Positions 16,495 to 25,477 of a stretch of 64,000 nt of DNA are shown here, in pieces; the stretch's first letter is position 1; the number at the start of each line of letters is the position of its first letter. The position numbers and the translations under genes are program-made. Origin of the DNA: an uncultured Verrucomicrobiales bacterium (GTDB lineage: Bacteria; Verrucomicrobiota; Verrucomicrobiia; Verrucomicrobiales; Akkermansiaceae); assembly GCA_905478925.1 (NCBI GenBank), contig CAJQKQ010000020.1, forward strand, positions 3,291-67,290, read 5' to 3'. Below the pieces are notes generated by a model. It had not been told where the DNA came from. It saw nothing but the letters and a program-made list of their open reading frames with translations, and searched no databases.

Positions 16495-18675
16495 GTGAAT
16501 CGCCCGAACCCAAAACAACTTATTTTTGCAGGACTCGCCATCAGCGGGGTCTTTTTGCTCGGCGGTTGCGGTGAGAAAGAGGCGGATGCAGAGCTTCCGC
16601 CGGAAATTTTCGGGGATATGGGTTCAAGCGTCGCAGATGAGAATGCGCTGAAGGGCTTGCCGGGGATAATTTATTCCGCGGCGGAATCCTCGCCGATTCA
16701 TTGGCAGCCGTGGCAGAAGGAGAGCATGGAGATGGCCGAAAGATCCCAACGGCTCATGCTCGTGGTCATCGCGATACCCCAGCAGCCGTCGTATGCCCGA
16801 ATTCTCGCCGATCTCGCGGCGGATCCCAAGACGGTTGATGAGATCAACCGGAACTATGTGCCTATCTTGGTGGATGGCGACTCGGTGAGGGAGCTGGGAA
16901 TACTGACGGCGTATTTGTGCGGCGAGATCGGCAGTCGGGTGCAACTGCCGCTGATGGTCTGGATGACACCGGATTGCAATCCGGTGGCGTGGATCCCCCT
17001 GCCCGCAAGCGGGTCGAAATCTGTCGTGGAGCTTTTCAGTCAATCGCACGAGATGGTCGGGAATATCTGGGTCGAGGATCCCGCGTATGTTTCGCTGAAT
17101 AGCCGCATGGATCAGGAAAATCGGGCGGTGCGGATAAAGAAGAGGCTGGCCGAGCGGGAACTGAGCGAAGAGCCGGGAGCCGATTCACTTCGCGCCCTGC
17201 GCCAGCTCACTTCGCTGTATGATCCCGTTTCGCGGACCTTCGATGGAGCGGGGGGGCTTTTCCCCTGCGGTGCGATCGACCTTCTTTCGATGGGCGCCCG
17301 CATGGATGATATATCCGGGAGGCTCCGCGAGAAGTGCAAGGATACGCTGGAAAATCTGCTAGATGATCTCCTTGTCAGCGCCATGTTCGATCCGCTCGAT
17401 GGAGGGGTCTACAATTCCAGGCGCGGCTCTACCTGGGCGCTCCCCGGCTTTCACCGAGATTGTGCAACTCAGGCGCGCGTAGCCGTTTCTCTGCTCGATG
17501 GCTACGGCGTCACCGGCGACAAGAGGGCACTTGAACGCGCCCTCGGTATCCTTACCTTCGTGGAGAAAACCTACCGCACCCAAGGAGGGCTTTTCTCCCT
17601 CGGTGGCGGAAGGGCAGGTGATACGGAGGCTTGGCTCTGGCGCTATGAGGATGTGAAGGATTGGCTGAGCGAGGAGGAGCTGTCCGCGTGGGTTCTGGCC
17701 TCGGGGGTGAAGGTTTCGGGCAACCTGCCTTCCGAGGCCGACCCCTTGAGGAAGTTTTTTCGTGCAAACAGCATTTCCTTCGCGAAAACGGCGGAGCAGG
17801 TCTCCGCATTGTCTGGAGTCGATGTAAAATCCACGGAGGCGGCGCTTGGGAGTGCGAGGGAGAAACTGCTCAAAGTGCGCGACAACCGCCTGAATCCGCC
17901 TGCCGAGAAACGCGCCGGCAACGCTGCTGCCACGTTCCGGGTGGTTTCCGCCTACGCTACGGCCTACAGAATCACCGGGGATGAGGACTTCCGCGAGCGC
18001 GCGGCCTCCACACTGACCAAGGCGAGGCAGAGTTTTGCGGATGGGCCGCGACTCAGATCCTACGACCGCGACGCGGCGCCGAGCCTGGTTGCCGGTAGGG
18101 CGTTCACCTACGGGCTGGCGATTCAGGCTGCGCTCGATGTCGCCGCAGTGACCCTCGATGAAAGCTGGATCCTGTGGGCGGGTGACCTTTCCAGTACCGT
18201 CTCGGAGATTTTCGTCCAGGACGATTCCCTGAGGGAATGTCCCGCCGGCGCGGATCTGACTGGTTTGCCTGTTGTTGATCTCGAGATGATGTTCGGTCAG
18301 TCGAGCATGGGGCTTCTTTCGATGGCGGATTCCCGCCTGGAGGCACTGGGCATCCCGCTGGTGCCTTCCTTTTCGGCGCGCGTCGACGGGCTGCCGCTCG
18401 CCGCCCTCGATCGCCCCATCCAGCATACCGATATCATCCAGGCCGTCCTGATGAGGGAGCATGGGTTCACCTATGTTTTCGGCGATGATGTCCCTGCTGA
18501 AATGAGGGAGGCGATCGCCAGAAGTCCCCTGAAAGGCGTGAACCGCCGAGGATACTCCGCGCTGCCTGTAAAAGGGCAAGAGCTGGATCCGCAGGGAGCG
18601 CTGCGGATCGGCCCCGGGAAAAAAATTCAGCGGATTGAGAGCGCCGACGATATCGCCGTTCCTGCCTTGCCATAA
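16495..18675 (+). CDS. Lipoprotein, DUF255/YyaL-like (thioredoxin-fold plus six-hairpin domain) lacking the CxxC
   Basis: GTG at 16495 gives MNRPNPKQLIFAGLAISGVFLLGGCG (lipobox). SPIHWQPWQKESMEMAERSQRLMLVVIA aligns to the YyaL N-terminus, but the usual CHWCH segment is IPQQPSY. The upstream part of ORF 16309-18675 overlaps parA. Confidence 0.6.
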   Translation: MNRPNPKQLIFAGLAISGVFLLGGCGEKEADAELPPEIFGDMGSSVADENALKGLPGIIYSAAESSPIHWQPWQKESMEMAERSQRLMLVVIAIPQQPSYARILADLAADPKTVDEINRNYVPILVDGDSVRELGILTAYLCGEIGSRVQLPLMVWMTPDCNPVAWIPLPASGSKSVVELFSQSHEMVGNIWVEDPAYVSLNSRMDQENRAVRIKKRLAERELSEEPGADSLRALRQLTSLYDPVSRTFDGAGGLFPCGAIDLLSMGARMDDISGRLREKCKDTLENLLDDLLVSAMFDPLDGGVYNSRRGSTWALPGFHRDCATQARVAVSLLDGYGVTGDKRALERALGILTFVEKTYRTQGGLFSLGGGRAGDTEAWLWRYEDVKDWLSEEELSAWVLASGVKVSGNLPSEADPLRKFFRANSISFAKTAEQVSALSGVDVKSTEAALGSAREKLLKVRDNRLNPPAEKRAGNAAATFRVVSAYATAYRITGDEDFRERAASTLTKARQSFADGPRLRSYDRDAAPSLVAGRAFTYGLAIQAALDVAAVTLDESWILWAGDLSSTVSEIFVQDDSLRECPAGADLTGLPVVDLEMMFGQSSMGLLSMADSRLEALGIPLVPSFSARVDGLPLAALDRPIQHTDIIQAVLMREHGFTYVFGDDVPAEMREAIARSPLKGVNRRGYSALPVKGQELDPQGALRIGPGKKIQRIESADDIAVPALP

Positions 18676-18728
18676 GGGAGAAAATATACGTGTGTAACAT
18701 ACAGCAAAGAACCCAAGTAAAAGCATCT

Positions 18729-19790
18729 ATGAATTTCAGGAATCTATCCCTACTCGCAGCCAGTTGCCTCATATTTGCACAGGCTGCCGCAGCAGACATG
18801 ATCGTGCTCAAGAGCGGGGAGAAAATTAACGGGACGGTTATCCGTGAGGATGGCAAAAACTACGTGGTTGAGGTGAAGCTTGGCACGATACGCGACGAGA
18901 AGCTTATTCCTCGCGACGATGTCAGCTACATCGACAAGCAGAAGGCCGATGAGAAGGCATTTGTAGAGCTTGAGGGGCTGTTGCCGACTCCGGAGTTGCT
19001 AAGCAAGGAGGCTTATGAGGCGCGGACCGCGAAGCTGGAGGGATTCGTGAAGGCGTATCCGGAAAGCCGTAAGGTTCGGGTTGTGAAGGAGATGCTCGAC
19101 GTGCTCGGCGAGGAGCATGCGGTGGTTGCGGCTGGAGGCATCAAGTTCGGGGAAGAGATGGTTTCTGCGGACGATTACGAGTCGAACGCCTACGAGTATG
19201 ACGTCAGGATCGCGGAAAAAAAAATCAAGGATTCCGTCGCCCGCAGGGATCTGCTGGGAGCGCTACGCAAGTTCTCAGAATACGACGTAAAGTTCGGTCA
19301 GTCGGAGAGCAATCAGGGGATGGCCGCGCTTATCCTGCAGGTTCTCAAGGCATACCGTCACAGCCTGGATGAAAATCTTGCCAGTCTCGAAAGGCGGATC
19401 GAGAAGCGCCAGTCCGGACTTGCGAGCATGTCCTCGGAAGACAGGTCGAATACGGAACTGGCCCTGAAAGAGCAGATGGAAAAGCTTGAGAAGCGTTATA
19501 TGGAGGAGAAGGCGGCGGGTCAGAAATGGATCACCCCCGATGCCTTCCACAAGCAATCCATGGACGAGGCGCTGCGTCATGTTACGGCGGAGATATCAAG
19601 AATCGAGGGGCGCCAGGCAGGCGAGTCGCTCGAGATCCCCCTGGCGGAGATCTATCGCATCGCAAGGAGCAAGCTTGTCGATGGGACCGAGGCGGAGAAA
19701 AAGAAAGTTCTGGATGAGGCGAAAGCGAACCGCCTGACGGAATTCTATCTGCAGAAATTGCGGATCTGTGCGGGTCTTGATGAAAACTGA
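18729..19790 (+). CDS. Secreted coiled-coil hypothetical protein (contains a PTPEL motif)
   Basis: ATG at 18729, signal peptide MNFRNLSLLAASCLIFAQAAAA, N-terminal beta-rich module (IVLKSGEKINGTVIREDGKNYVVEV), then long helical regions. Confidence 0.6.
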   Translation: MNFRNLSLLAASCLIFAQAAAADMIVLKSGEKINGTVIREDGKNYVVEVKLGTIRDEKLIPRDDVSYIDKQKADEKAFVELEGLLPTPELLSKEAYEARTAKLEGFVKAYPESRKVRVVKEMLDVLGEEHAVVAAGGIKFGEEMVSADDYESNAYEYDVRIAEKKIKDSVARRDLLGALRKFSEYDVKFGQSESNQGMAALILQVLKAYRHSLDENLASLERRIEKRQSGLASMSSEDRSNTELALKEQMEKLEKRYMEEKAAGQKWITPDAFHKQSMDEALRHVTAEISRIEGRQAGESLEIPLAEIYRIARSKLVDGTEAEKKKVLDEAKANRLTEFYLQKLRICAGLDEN

Positions 19791-19811
19791 TTTCGAAAAA
19801 AAGGGAAATAT

Positions 19812-20402
19812 ATGGAAGTAAGGAAGGCGAAGCGCAGCCGGCGCACGGCGGAGACGGAGATTGATCTGGAGATCAATCTCGACGGCTCCGGGACATCGGA
19901 GATTGATACGGGGATTCCGTTTTTCGATCACATGCTGACGTTGTTCTCCAAGCACGGCCTATTTGATCTGAATGCCCGGGTGCAGGGTGACATTGAGGTG
20001 GATTTTCATCACACCATCGAGGACACCGGGATCGTCATCGGCGAGTGCATGCGCGAGGCGCTGGGCACGAAGGAGGGCATACGCCGCTACGGCTGTGCCT
20101 ACCTGCCGATGGATGAGACCTTGGTAAGGGTGGTTGTCGATCTGAGCAACCGGCCGCACCTGGAGTTCCGCGCACCGGCCGGGACAGCTTCCGCGCCGAA
20201 CATGCCTTTCACTTTGGTGGAGGAATTCTGCCGCGCGGTCGCGAGCAACCTGCGTGCGAACGTGCACGTTGAGCTTCTCTACGGACGCGACGGGCACCAC
20301 ATCGCCGAGGCGGTGTTCAAGGGGCTGGCACGTGCCTTGCGGGAAGCCTGTGAGAAGGACGCCCGCGTGAAAGGCATACCGAGCACCAAGGAATCACTGT
20401 GA
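19812..20402 (+). CDS. hisB: Imidazoleglycerol-phosphate dehydratase
   Basis: RRTAETEIDLEINLDGSG...GIPFFDHML...DIEVDFHHTIEDTGI...HHIAEAVFKGLARAL are conserved HisB motifs. Confidence 0.92.
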   Translation: MEVRKAKRSRRTAETEIDLEINLDGSGTSEIDTGIPFFDHMLTLFSKHGLFDLNARVQGDIEVDFHHTIEDTGIVIGECMREALGTKEGIRRYGCAYLPMDETLVRVVVDLSNRPHLEFRAPAGTASAPNMPFTLVEEFCRAVASNLRANVHVELLYGRDGHHIAEAVFKGLARALREACEKDARVKGIPSTKESL

Positions 20403-21019
20403 GGATCGGTCTTGTGAATTATGGAGGGGGAAACCTCCGCAGCGTGGAAAACGCGCTCCATGCCCTCGGTGTGTATCCGGAGGTGATCGTGGATGCCGCC
20501 GGACTCGAAGGCATCACCCATCTCATCCTGCCCGGGCAGGGAGAGTTCGGCGATGTGATGGCGCAGCTCGGCAAGAGGGGGCTGGTGGAGCCGCTCCGGG
20601 AATGGATTTCAGCGGGCAAGCCCTACTTCGGCATTTGCGTTGGCTTCCAGATTCTTTTCGAAGGCAGCGACGAGGCACCCGATGTCCCGGGGCTCGGGGT
20701 CGTAAAGGGCAGGTGCGTGCGTTTCAAGGAAGTCACCGGGAAGAAGGTGCCGCAGATGGGTTGGAACGCGGCGGTGCCGCAGGTGCCCGGCTCGAAGTTC
20801 TGGAAAGGCCTCGGCGATGAGCCGTATTTCTATTTCGTCCATTCCTATTTCCCCGTGCCGCAGGATTCCTCATGGGGAGTTTCCCTCACCGATTACGCCG
20901 GGGAGGAATTCGCCGCCACTGTGGAGAAGGGCGAAGTCTTGGCCTGCCAGTTCCACCCGGAGAAAAGCCAGGATGCGGGGCTGGTGCTGATGAGGAATTT
21001 CCTTTCGGGAGGCGAGTAG
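20399..21019 (+). CDS. hisH: Imidazole glycerol phosphate synthase, glutaminase subunit
   Basis: GNLRSV, LILPGQG, GICVGFQIL (catalytic Cys), QFHPEKS. The GTG start overlaps the hisB stop (GTGA). Confidence 0.9.
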   Translation: MRIGLVNYGGGNLRSVENALHALGVYPEVIVDAAGLEGITHLILPGQGEFGDVMAQLGKRGLVEPLREWISAGKPYFGICVGFQILFEGSDEAPDVPGLGVVKGRCVRFKEVTGKKVPQMGWNAAVPQVPGSKFWKGLGDEPYFYFVHSYFPVPQDSSWGVSLTDYAGEEFAATVEKGEVLACQFHPEKSQDAGLVLMRNFLSGGE

Positions 21020-21137
21020 GCTGAAGCCTACTAAGGAGTGGCTGGGCAGGGGTGCTTTGGTTGCCGGGCAGCGGAACGCATGCCGGGCAGCGGAACGCAG
21101 CCCCTCCTTGGGGACTACTCTCCGGAGATAAAACGAA

Positions 21138-21165
21138 GCAGCCTGACCGGTGAGGGTCAGGCTGC
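21138..21165. terminator. Hairpin between convergent hisH and tal (bidirectional terminator candidate)
   Basis: GCAGCCTGACC-GGTGAG-GGTCAGGCTGC, an 11-bp perfect stem. Confidence 0.55.
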
Positions 21166-21193
21166 GGTGAAGTATTTCTAAGCTACGTGAGGC

Positions 21194-22153
21194 TCAGAGT
21201 TCTGCGTTGACGAGGTTCTCTAGCTTGACGATGTCCGCTGCGAAGCCGCGGATACCTTGGGCGGTTTTTTCGGTGGCCATGGCGTCCTCGTTGAACATGA
21301 GTCGGAAGGTTTTCTCATTGAGTGAAATTTTCTCGACCGGATCGGCGGCAGCGATCTCCGGGGTGAGCTTGGCCTCGAAGAGTTCGTCGGAAGCGGCGAG
21401 CTCGGCGAGTAGCTTGGGGGCGATAGTGAGAAGGTCGCAGCCGGCGAGTGCTGTGATCTCGCCCTTGTTGCGGAAGGATGCGCCCATGACTTCTGTGTTG
21501 TAGCCGAACTTCTTGTAGTAGTTGTAGATGGCTTTCACCGAGATGACGCCGGGATCGTTGTCGCCGGCGAAGTCGGGTGTGCCTTCGGTGTTGGCCTTGT
21601 GCCAGTCGAGGATACGGCCGACGAAAGGGGAGATGAGCTGAACCTTGGCCTCGGCGCAGGCGACGGCTTGGGCGAAGGAGAAGAGGAGGGTGAGGTTGCA
21701 ATGGATGCCTTCCTTTTCGAGGATTTCCGCAGCCTTGATGCCTTCCCATGTGGAGGCGATTTTGATGAGCACACGATCCTTGGAGATGCCTTCCTTTGCA
21801 TAGGCGGCGATGAGCTCCTTGGCCTTGGCGACGGTGCCAGCGGTATCGAAGGAGAGGCGGGCGTCGACCTCGGTGGAGACGCGGCCGGGAACGATTTTCA
21901 GGATCTCAAGTCCGAAGAGGATGATGATGCGGTCGAGGACGGCATCGGTGAGCGCCTGTCCGGAGAGCGAGCCGCCCTTGAGTTCGGAAATGGCTTGGTC
22001 GATGAGCGGACGATATTCGGGTTTTCCGGCAGCCTGGAGGATGAGGGAGGGGTTGGTGGTCGCGTCCTGTGGCATGAATTCCTTCATGGCTTCGAAATCG
22101 CCGGTATCGGCGACGACTGTGGTGAGCTTCTTAAGTTGGTCGAGTTGATTCAT
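21194..22153 (-). CDS. tal: Transaldolase
   Basis: 319 aa. [19 protein letters not shown]...DATTNPSL...[11 protein letters not shown]...IKIASTWEG, with the Schiff-base Lys context. Confidence 0.92.
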   Translation of the reverse strand: MNQLDQLKKLTTVVADTGDFEAMKEFMPQDATTNPSLILQAAGKPEYRPLIDQAISELKGGSLSGQALTDAVLDRIIILFGLEILKIVPGRVSTEVDARLSFDTAGTVAKAKELIAAYAKEGISKDRVLIKIASTWEGIKAAEILEKEGIHCNLTLLFSFAQAVACAEAKVQLISPFVGRILDWHKANTEGTPDFAGDNDPGVISVKAIYNYYKKFGYNTEVMGASFRNKGEITALAGCDLLTIAPKLLAELAASDELFEAKLTPEIAAADPVEKISLNEKTFRLMFNEDAMATEKTAQGIRGFAADIVKLENLVNAEL

Positions 22154-22200
22154 ATCGGGGAAACCGTAACGGAGGACAGGCGGGTGTGAACGCTAATCGG

Positions 22201-22623
22201 TTAATTTTCTTCGCTTGGGGATGAAAATTTTCGAAGTAGCGGATGAAAGCGGTTTGCAAGGATGACTCCGGTGAGGGAGCCGAGGGCGTCGGCGAGCCAG
22301 TCGAAGGGGTCATTCCCGGAGCGGCCGGGTGTGAATGTCTGGTGCCATTCGTCGAGTAATCCGATGATCCCAAATAGGATAACGGGAAGGATGAGGCGGA
22401 TGCAGAGGGGGGCGTCCGTTCCTTTCCAGAGCCGTATCCATGTGGCGAAGATGAACGCGCCACCCATGAAGTATCCGAAGTGAAGAATTTTATCAATGTG
22501 CGGGATCTCCGGGCCTCCCTCGGGCATTGTCTTTGAGAACGAAGATAGCACGAACAGAGTAACGGCCCATAGAATGAAGCCGCCGAGCCACGGGCGCGGT
22601 GATGAGAGAATGCGGAGCCGCAT
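22201..22623 (-). CDS. VanZ-family membrane protein
   Basis: Four TM segments and LDEWHQTFTPGRSGNDPFDWLADALG, typical of VanZ-like proteins. Confidence 0.7.
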   Translation of the reverse strand: MRLRILSSPRPWLGGFILWAVTLFVLSSFSKTMPEGGPEIPHIDKILHFGYFMGGAFIFATWIRLWKGTDAPLCIRLILPVILFGIIGLLDEWHQTFTPGRSGNDPFDWLADALGSLTGVILANRFHPLLRKFSSPSEEN

Positions 22624-22629
22624 CAGAAG

Positions 22630-22902
22630 TTACGGATTCTTCATTTCGTCCTCAAGGCGCTCGGCGAGCCACTGCTTCATCATCGACTGGTAGTTGAGGA
22701 AGCGGGAGCGGGCGATGCGCTTGATGCGGGAGAGCATGCGCGGATCGAAACGGAGGGTGATGGTGGTGGATTCGCGGGTGACCGCTTCGTGAACCGAACC
22801 GGCCATGAGTTTGGGGTCGAGCTCGTGCTCCTGCCAGAAGGCGTGTTCCGCTGCGGCGTCTTCGAAATCGGGGAGCTGGCTCCAGGATGTGATCGTTTCC
22901 AT
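22630..22902 (-). CDS. brnA: BrnA-type antitoxin
   Basis: 90 aa with a C-terminal RHH-like segment ITLRFDPRMLSRIKRIARSRFLNYQSMMKQWLAERL. It lies downstream of the BrnT-like gene with a 5-nt gap. Confidence 0.7.
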   Translation of the reverse strand: METITSWSQLPDFEDAAAEHAFWQEHELDPKLMAGSVHEAVTRESTTITLRFDPRMLSRIKRIARSRFLNYQSMMKQWLAERLEDEMKNP

Positions 22903-22907
22903 GGTTT

Positions 22908-23186
22908 TTAGCGGGTTACGTTGTAGTTGCGGTCGTAGAAGCGGCGCTCGGCCTCGCCCATCTCGCGGGCGGAGATGACGCGGGCGATCTTTCCGTCCGT
23001 GGTGAAGGCGATGAAGAGGTGGCGGTCGGCAACGGTGCGCCCGAGGGCGTAGTAGCGGGATGCACCGTCAACGCGGTCGTTGTCGGGAAGGAAACGGACG
23101 GCGAAGGGATCCTCCAGGATTTCCTCAAGCTCCCCGGGCTTGATGTGGCGGAGGTCGAACGGGGTATCGATAAGATTGAGTTCCAT
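22908..23186 (-). CDS. brnT: BrnT-type (DUF497) ribonuclease toxin
   Basis: 92 aa. FAVRFLPDNDRVDGASRYYALGRTVADRHLFIAFTTDGKIARVISAREMGEAERRFY fits the BrnT/DUF497 pattern. Confidence 0.7.
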   Translation of the reverse strand: MELNLIDTPFDLRHIKPGELEEILEDPFAVRFLPDNDRVDGASRYYALGRTVADRHLFIAFTTDGKIARVISAREMGEAERRFYDRNYNVTR

Positions 23187-23229
23187 AATGAGATTTTCAG
23201 AAACCAGGTACCAGAATCCAGAGGAGAGC

Positions 23230-25128
23230 CTACAGCTTGAGGTGCGGGAGGATTTTGTCGAGCGCAGCCTGCGGGGTCAGGCCATGGAGTTCCTGAAGGA
23301 TGTCGGGCTTGCCGTGCTCGATGAACTCGTCGGGCCAGCCGATGCGCTCGACGTGGGTGGAAATTCCTGCATCGTGGAGGTGCTCGATGCAGGATGAGCC
23401 GAAGCCGTTTGCTAGGACGTGATCCTCGAAGGTGCAGATGACCTTGCAGAAGCGTGCGACTTTTTCGAGGAGAGATTTGTCGAGCGGCTTGATGAAACGG
23501 GGGTTCACCAGCGAGACGGAGAAGCCCTTTTCCTCGAGGAGTTTCTTTGTCTCCAAGGCCATGCCGAAGAAGCTTCCCAGTCCGATCAGCGCCACGTCGG
23601 AGCCTTCCTGGATGAGTTCGCCTTTCCCAAGTTCGATGGGAGTCGACTTGTCGTCGGCGGAAGTGCCGGCGATGACGCCGCGCGGGTAGCGGATGGCGGT
23701 GGGGCCATCATCGTATTTTGCCATCCACTTCAGCATGGCGGAGAACTCGGCCTCATCCTTCGGTTGCATGTGGATGATGTTCGGAATGTGGCGGAGGTAT
23801 CCGATATCGAAAAGGCCGTGGTGGGTCGGGCCGTCATCGCCCGAGAGGCCGCCGCGGTCCATGCAAAGGCGGACGGGGAGGTTCTGCAGTGCGATGTCAT
23901 GGATGATCATGTCATAGGCGCGCTGCATGAAGGTGGAGTAGATCGCAAGGAAGGGGCGGAAACCTTCCGTGGAGAGGCCGGCTGCGAAAAGGGCGGCGTG
24001 CTCCTCTGCGATGCCCACATCGAAGTAGCGGTCCGGCAGTTCACGCTTAAAAGTCTCGAGTTTCGTTCCGCCCGGCATGGCGGCGGTGATGGCGACGATT
24101 TTCTGGTCGTCGATGGCGAGGTCCGTGACTGTGCGGCCGAAGATGTCAGAGCAGGTGGGTGTGGTAACGGTGTCGGTCGAGCCGTCGTCGATTTTGTAGG
24201 CACCGAGGCCGTGGAACTTGCCGGGATTATCGAGAGCCGGCTGGTAGCCCCGGCCTTTTTCCGTGATGATGTGGAGGACGACCGGTTCGTTGAGCGTCTT
24301 CAGGTGCTCGAATGTCTTGAGCAGCAGCGGAAGGTTGTGTCCGTCGATGGGGCCGAAATAGCGGAGGCCGAATTTCTCGAAGAGGACGTTGGGGAAGATG
24401 AGGTTCTTGGCTCCCTCTTCGACCCTGTGGGCAATTTTGCGAACGGCTTTGCCGAGGACTTTCTCGACGAAATCAGCAGCGGATGTGCGGACGGAGGAGT
24501 AAGTGGAATGCGTTTGGAGTGCGTTGAAGTAGCGTGCGATGGCTCCGACGTTCTTGTCGATCGACCACTCGTTGTCATTGAGGACGACGATGAATTTCTT
24601 GGTGGTCTCGGCGATATTGTTCAGAGCCTCAAGGGTGGGGCCGCAGGTGAATGCAGCGTCGCCAGCGACGGCGACGACATGGTTGTCACCCCCGGCGAGA
24701 TCGCGGGCGGCGGCCATGCCAAGGGCGGCGGAGAGGGCGGTTCCCGCGTGGCCGGCACCATAGCAATCGTGCTTGGATTCGGTGCGGAGCAGGAAACCGT
24801 TGATGCCCTTGTAGGTGCGGATTTTTTCGATCTCGGTGGCACGTCCGGTCAGCATCTTGTGGACGTAACCCTGGTGGGAAACGTCGAAGACAAATTTGTC
24901 CGCCGGGGTTGAGAAAATCGCATGCATGGCGATGCTGAGTTCTACGACGCCGAGGTTGGGCCCGAGATGGCCGCCCGTTTTCGAGAGGCAATTGATGAGC
25001 TTGCTGCGGATCTCCTCGGCGAGCGCCGTGAGTTCGCTTTCGGTCAGCTTGTGCAGATCGTCGGGGGAGGAGATGGAGGCCAGGAGTGACCCCGATTCGG
25101 CGGCTGTTTCAGAAGAGGCTGATGTCAT
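23230..25128 (-). CDS. dxs: 1-deoxy-D-xylulose-5-phosphate synthase
   Basis: 632 aa. GGHLGPNLGVVELS, DVSHQGYVHKMLTGR, TPP motif GDAAFTCG...NDN. Confidence 0.95.
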   Translation of the reverse strand: MTSASSETAAESGSLLASISSPDDLHKLTESELTALAEEIRSKLINCLSKTGGHLGPNLGVVELSIAMHAIFSTPADKFVFDVSHQGYVHKMLTGRATEIEKIRTYKGINGFLLRTESKHDCYGAGHAGTALSAALGMAAARDLAGGDNHVVAVAGDAAFTCGPTLEALNNIAETTKKFIVVLNDNEWSIDKNVGAIARYFNALQTHSTYSSVRTSAADFVEKVLGKAVRKIAHRVEEGAKNLIFPNVLFEKFGLRYFGPIDGHNLPLLLKTFEHLKTLNEPVVLHIITEKGRGYQPALDNPGKFHGLGAYKIDDGSTDTVTTPTCSDIFGRTVTDLAIDDQKIVAITAAMPGGTKLETFKRELPDRYFDVGIAEEHAALFAAGLSTEGFRPFLAIYSTFMQRAYDMIIHDIALQNLPVRLCMDRGGLSGDDGPTHHGLFDIGYLRHIPNIIHMQPKDEAEFSAMLKWMAKYDDGPTAIRYPRGVIAGTSADDKSTPIELGKGELIQEGSDVALIGLGSFFGMALETKKLLEEKGFSVSLVNPRFIKPLDKSLLEKVARFCKVICTFEDHVLANGFGSSCIEHLHDAGISTHVERIGWPDEFIEHGKPDILQELHGLTPQAALDKILPHLKL

Positions 25129-25441
25129 TGCTGTCGTCTGGATCGTCGGAACCCTGCTTCAGTTTGTTTTCTGGAATCTCTGCGGGTTCCCCGCCATCCT
25201 GCGGGTCGGTTTCCTCGCTGTCGGCGAGCGTGATGAGTTGGATTCTCTTTTTTGCAGCCGTTAGGACGGTTACGCAATGTTTCAGTAGTGCCGATCCCGC
25301 CTCGTAGCGTGCGACGAGTTCCTCAAGTGGGAGTTGCTCGCCCTCCATGGCATCGACGATGCTCTCAAGCTCCGTCATGGCATCCTCAAAGGAAAGCGCG
25401 GAGGTTGCGTCTGACGGGGCGTTATTTTTGCGTGCAGGCAT
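25109..25441 (-). CDS. xseB: Exodeoxyribonuclease VII small subunit with acidic C-terminal extension
   Basis: LSFEDAMTELESIVDAMEGEQLPLEELVARYEAGSALLKHC. It overlaps the dxs start by 20 nt. Confidence 0.8.
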   Translation of the reverse strand: MPARKNNAPSDATSALSFEDAMTELESIVDAMEGEQLPLEELVARYEAGSALLKHCVTVLTAAKKRIQLITLADSEETDPQDGGEPAEIPENKLKQGSDDPDDSNDISLF

Positions 25442-25477
25442 GGTGCGTGGCGGGTCGCGTCGCGGGATGGTCGGGAA

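Noticed and set aside
17359-18726. 455-aa ORF on the - strand
   Set aside because: It is antisense to the YyaL-like gene, with an R/G/P-rich shadow composition.
19216-19224. A9 homopolymer inside the secreted coiled-coil gene as a possible phase-variation tract
   Set aside because: It encodes EKKI in a Lys-rich helical region. The tract is short for efficient slippage, and I have no evidence of variability.
23419-24912. 497-aa ORF on the + strand
   Set aside because: It is antisense to dxs, whose identity is unambiguous. It is a low-complexity G/A/D/E/V-rich shadow ORF.
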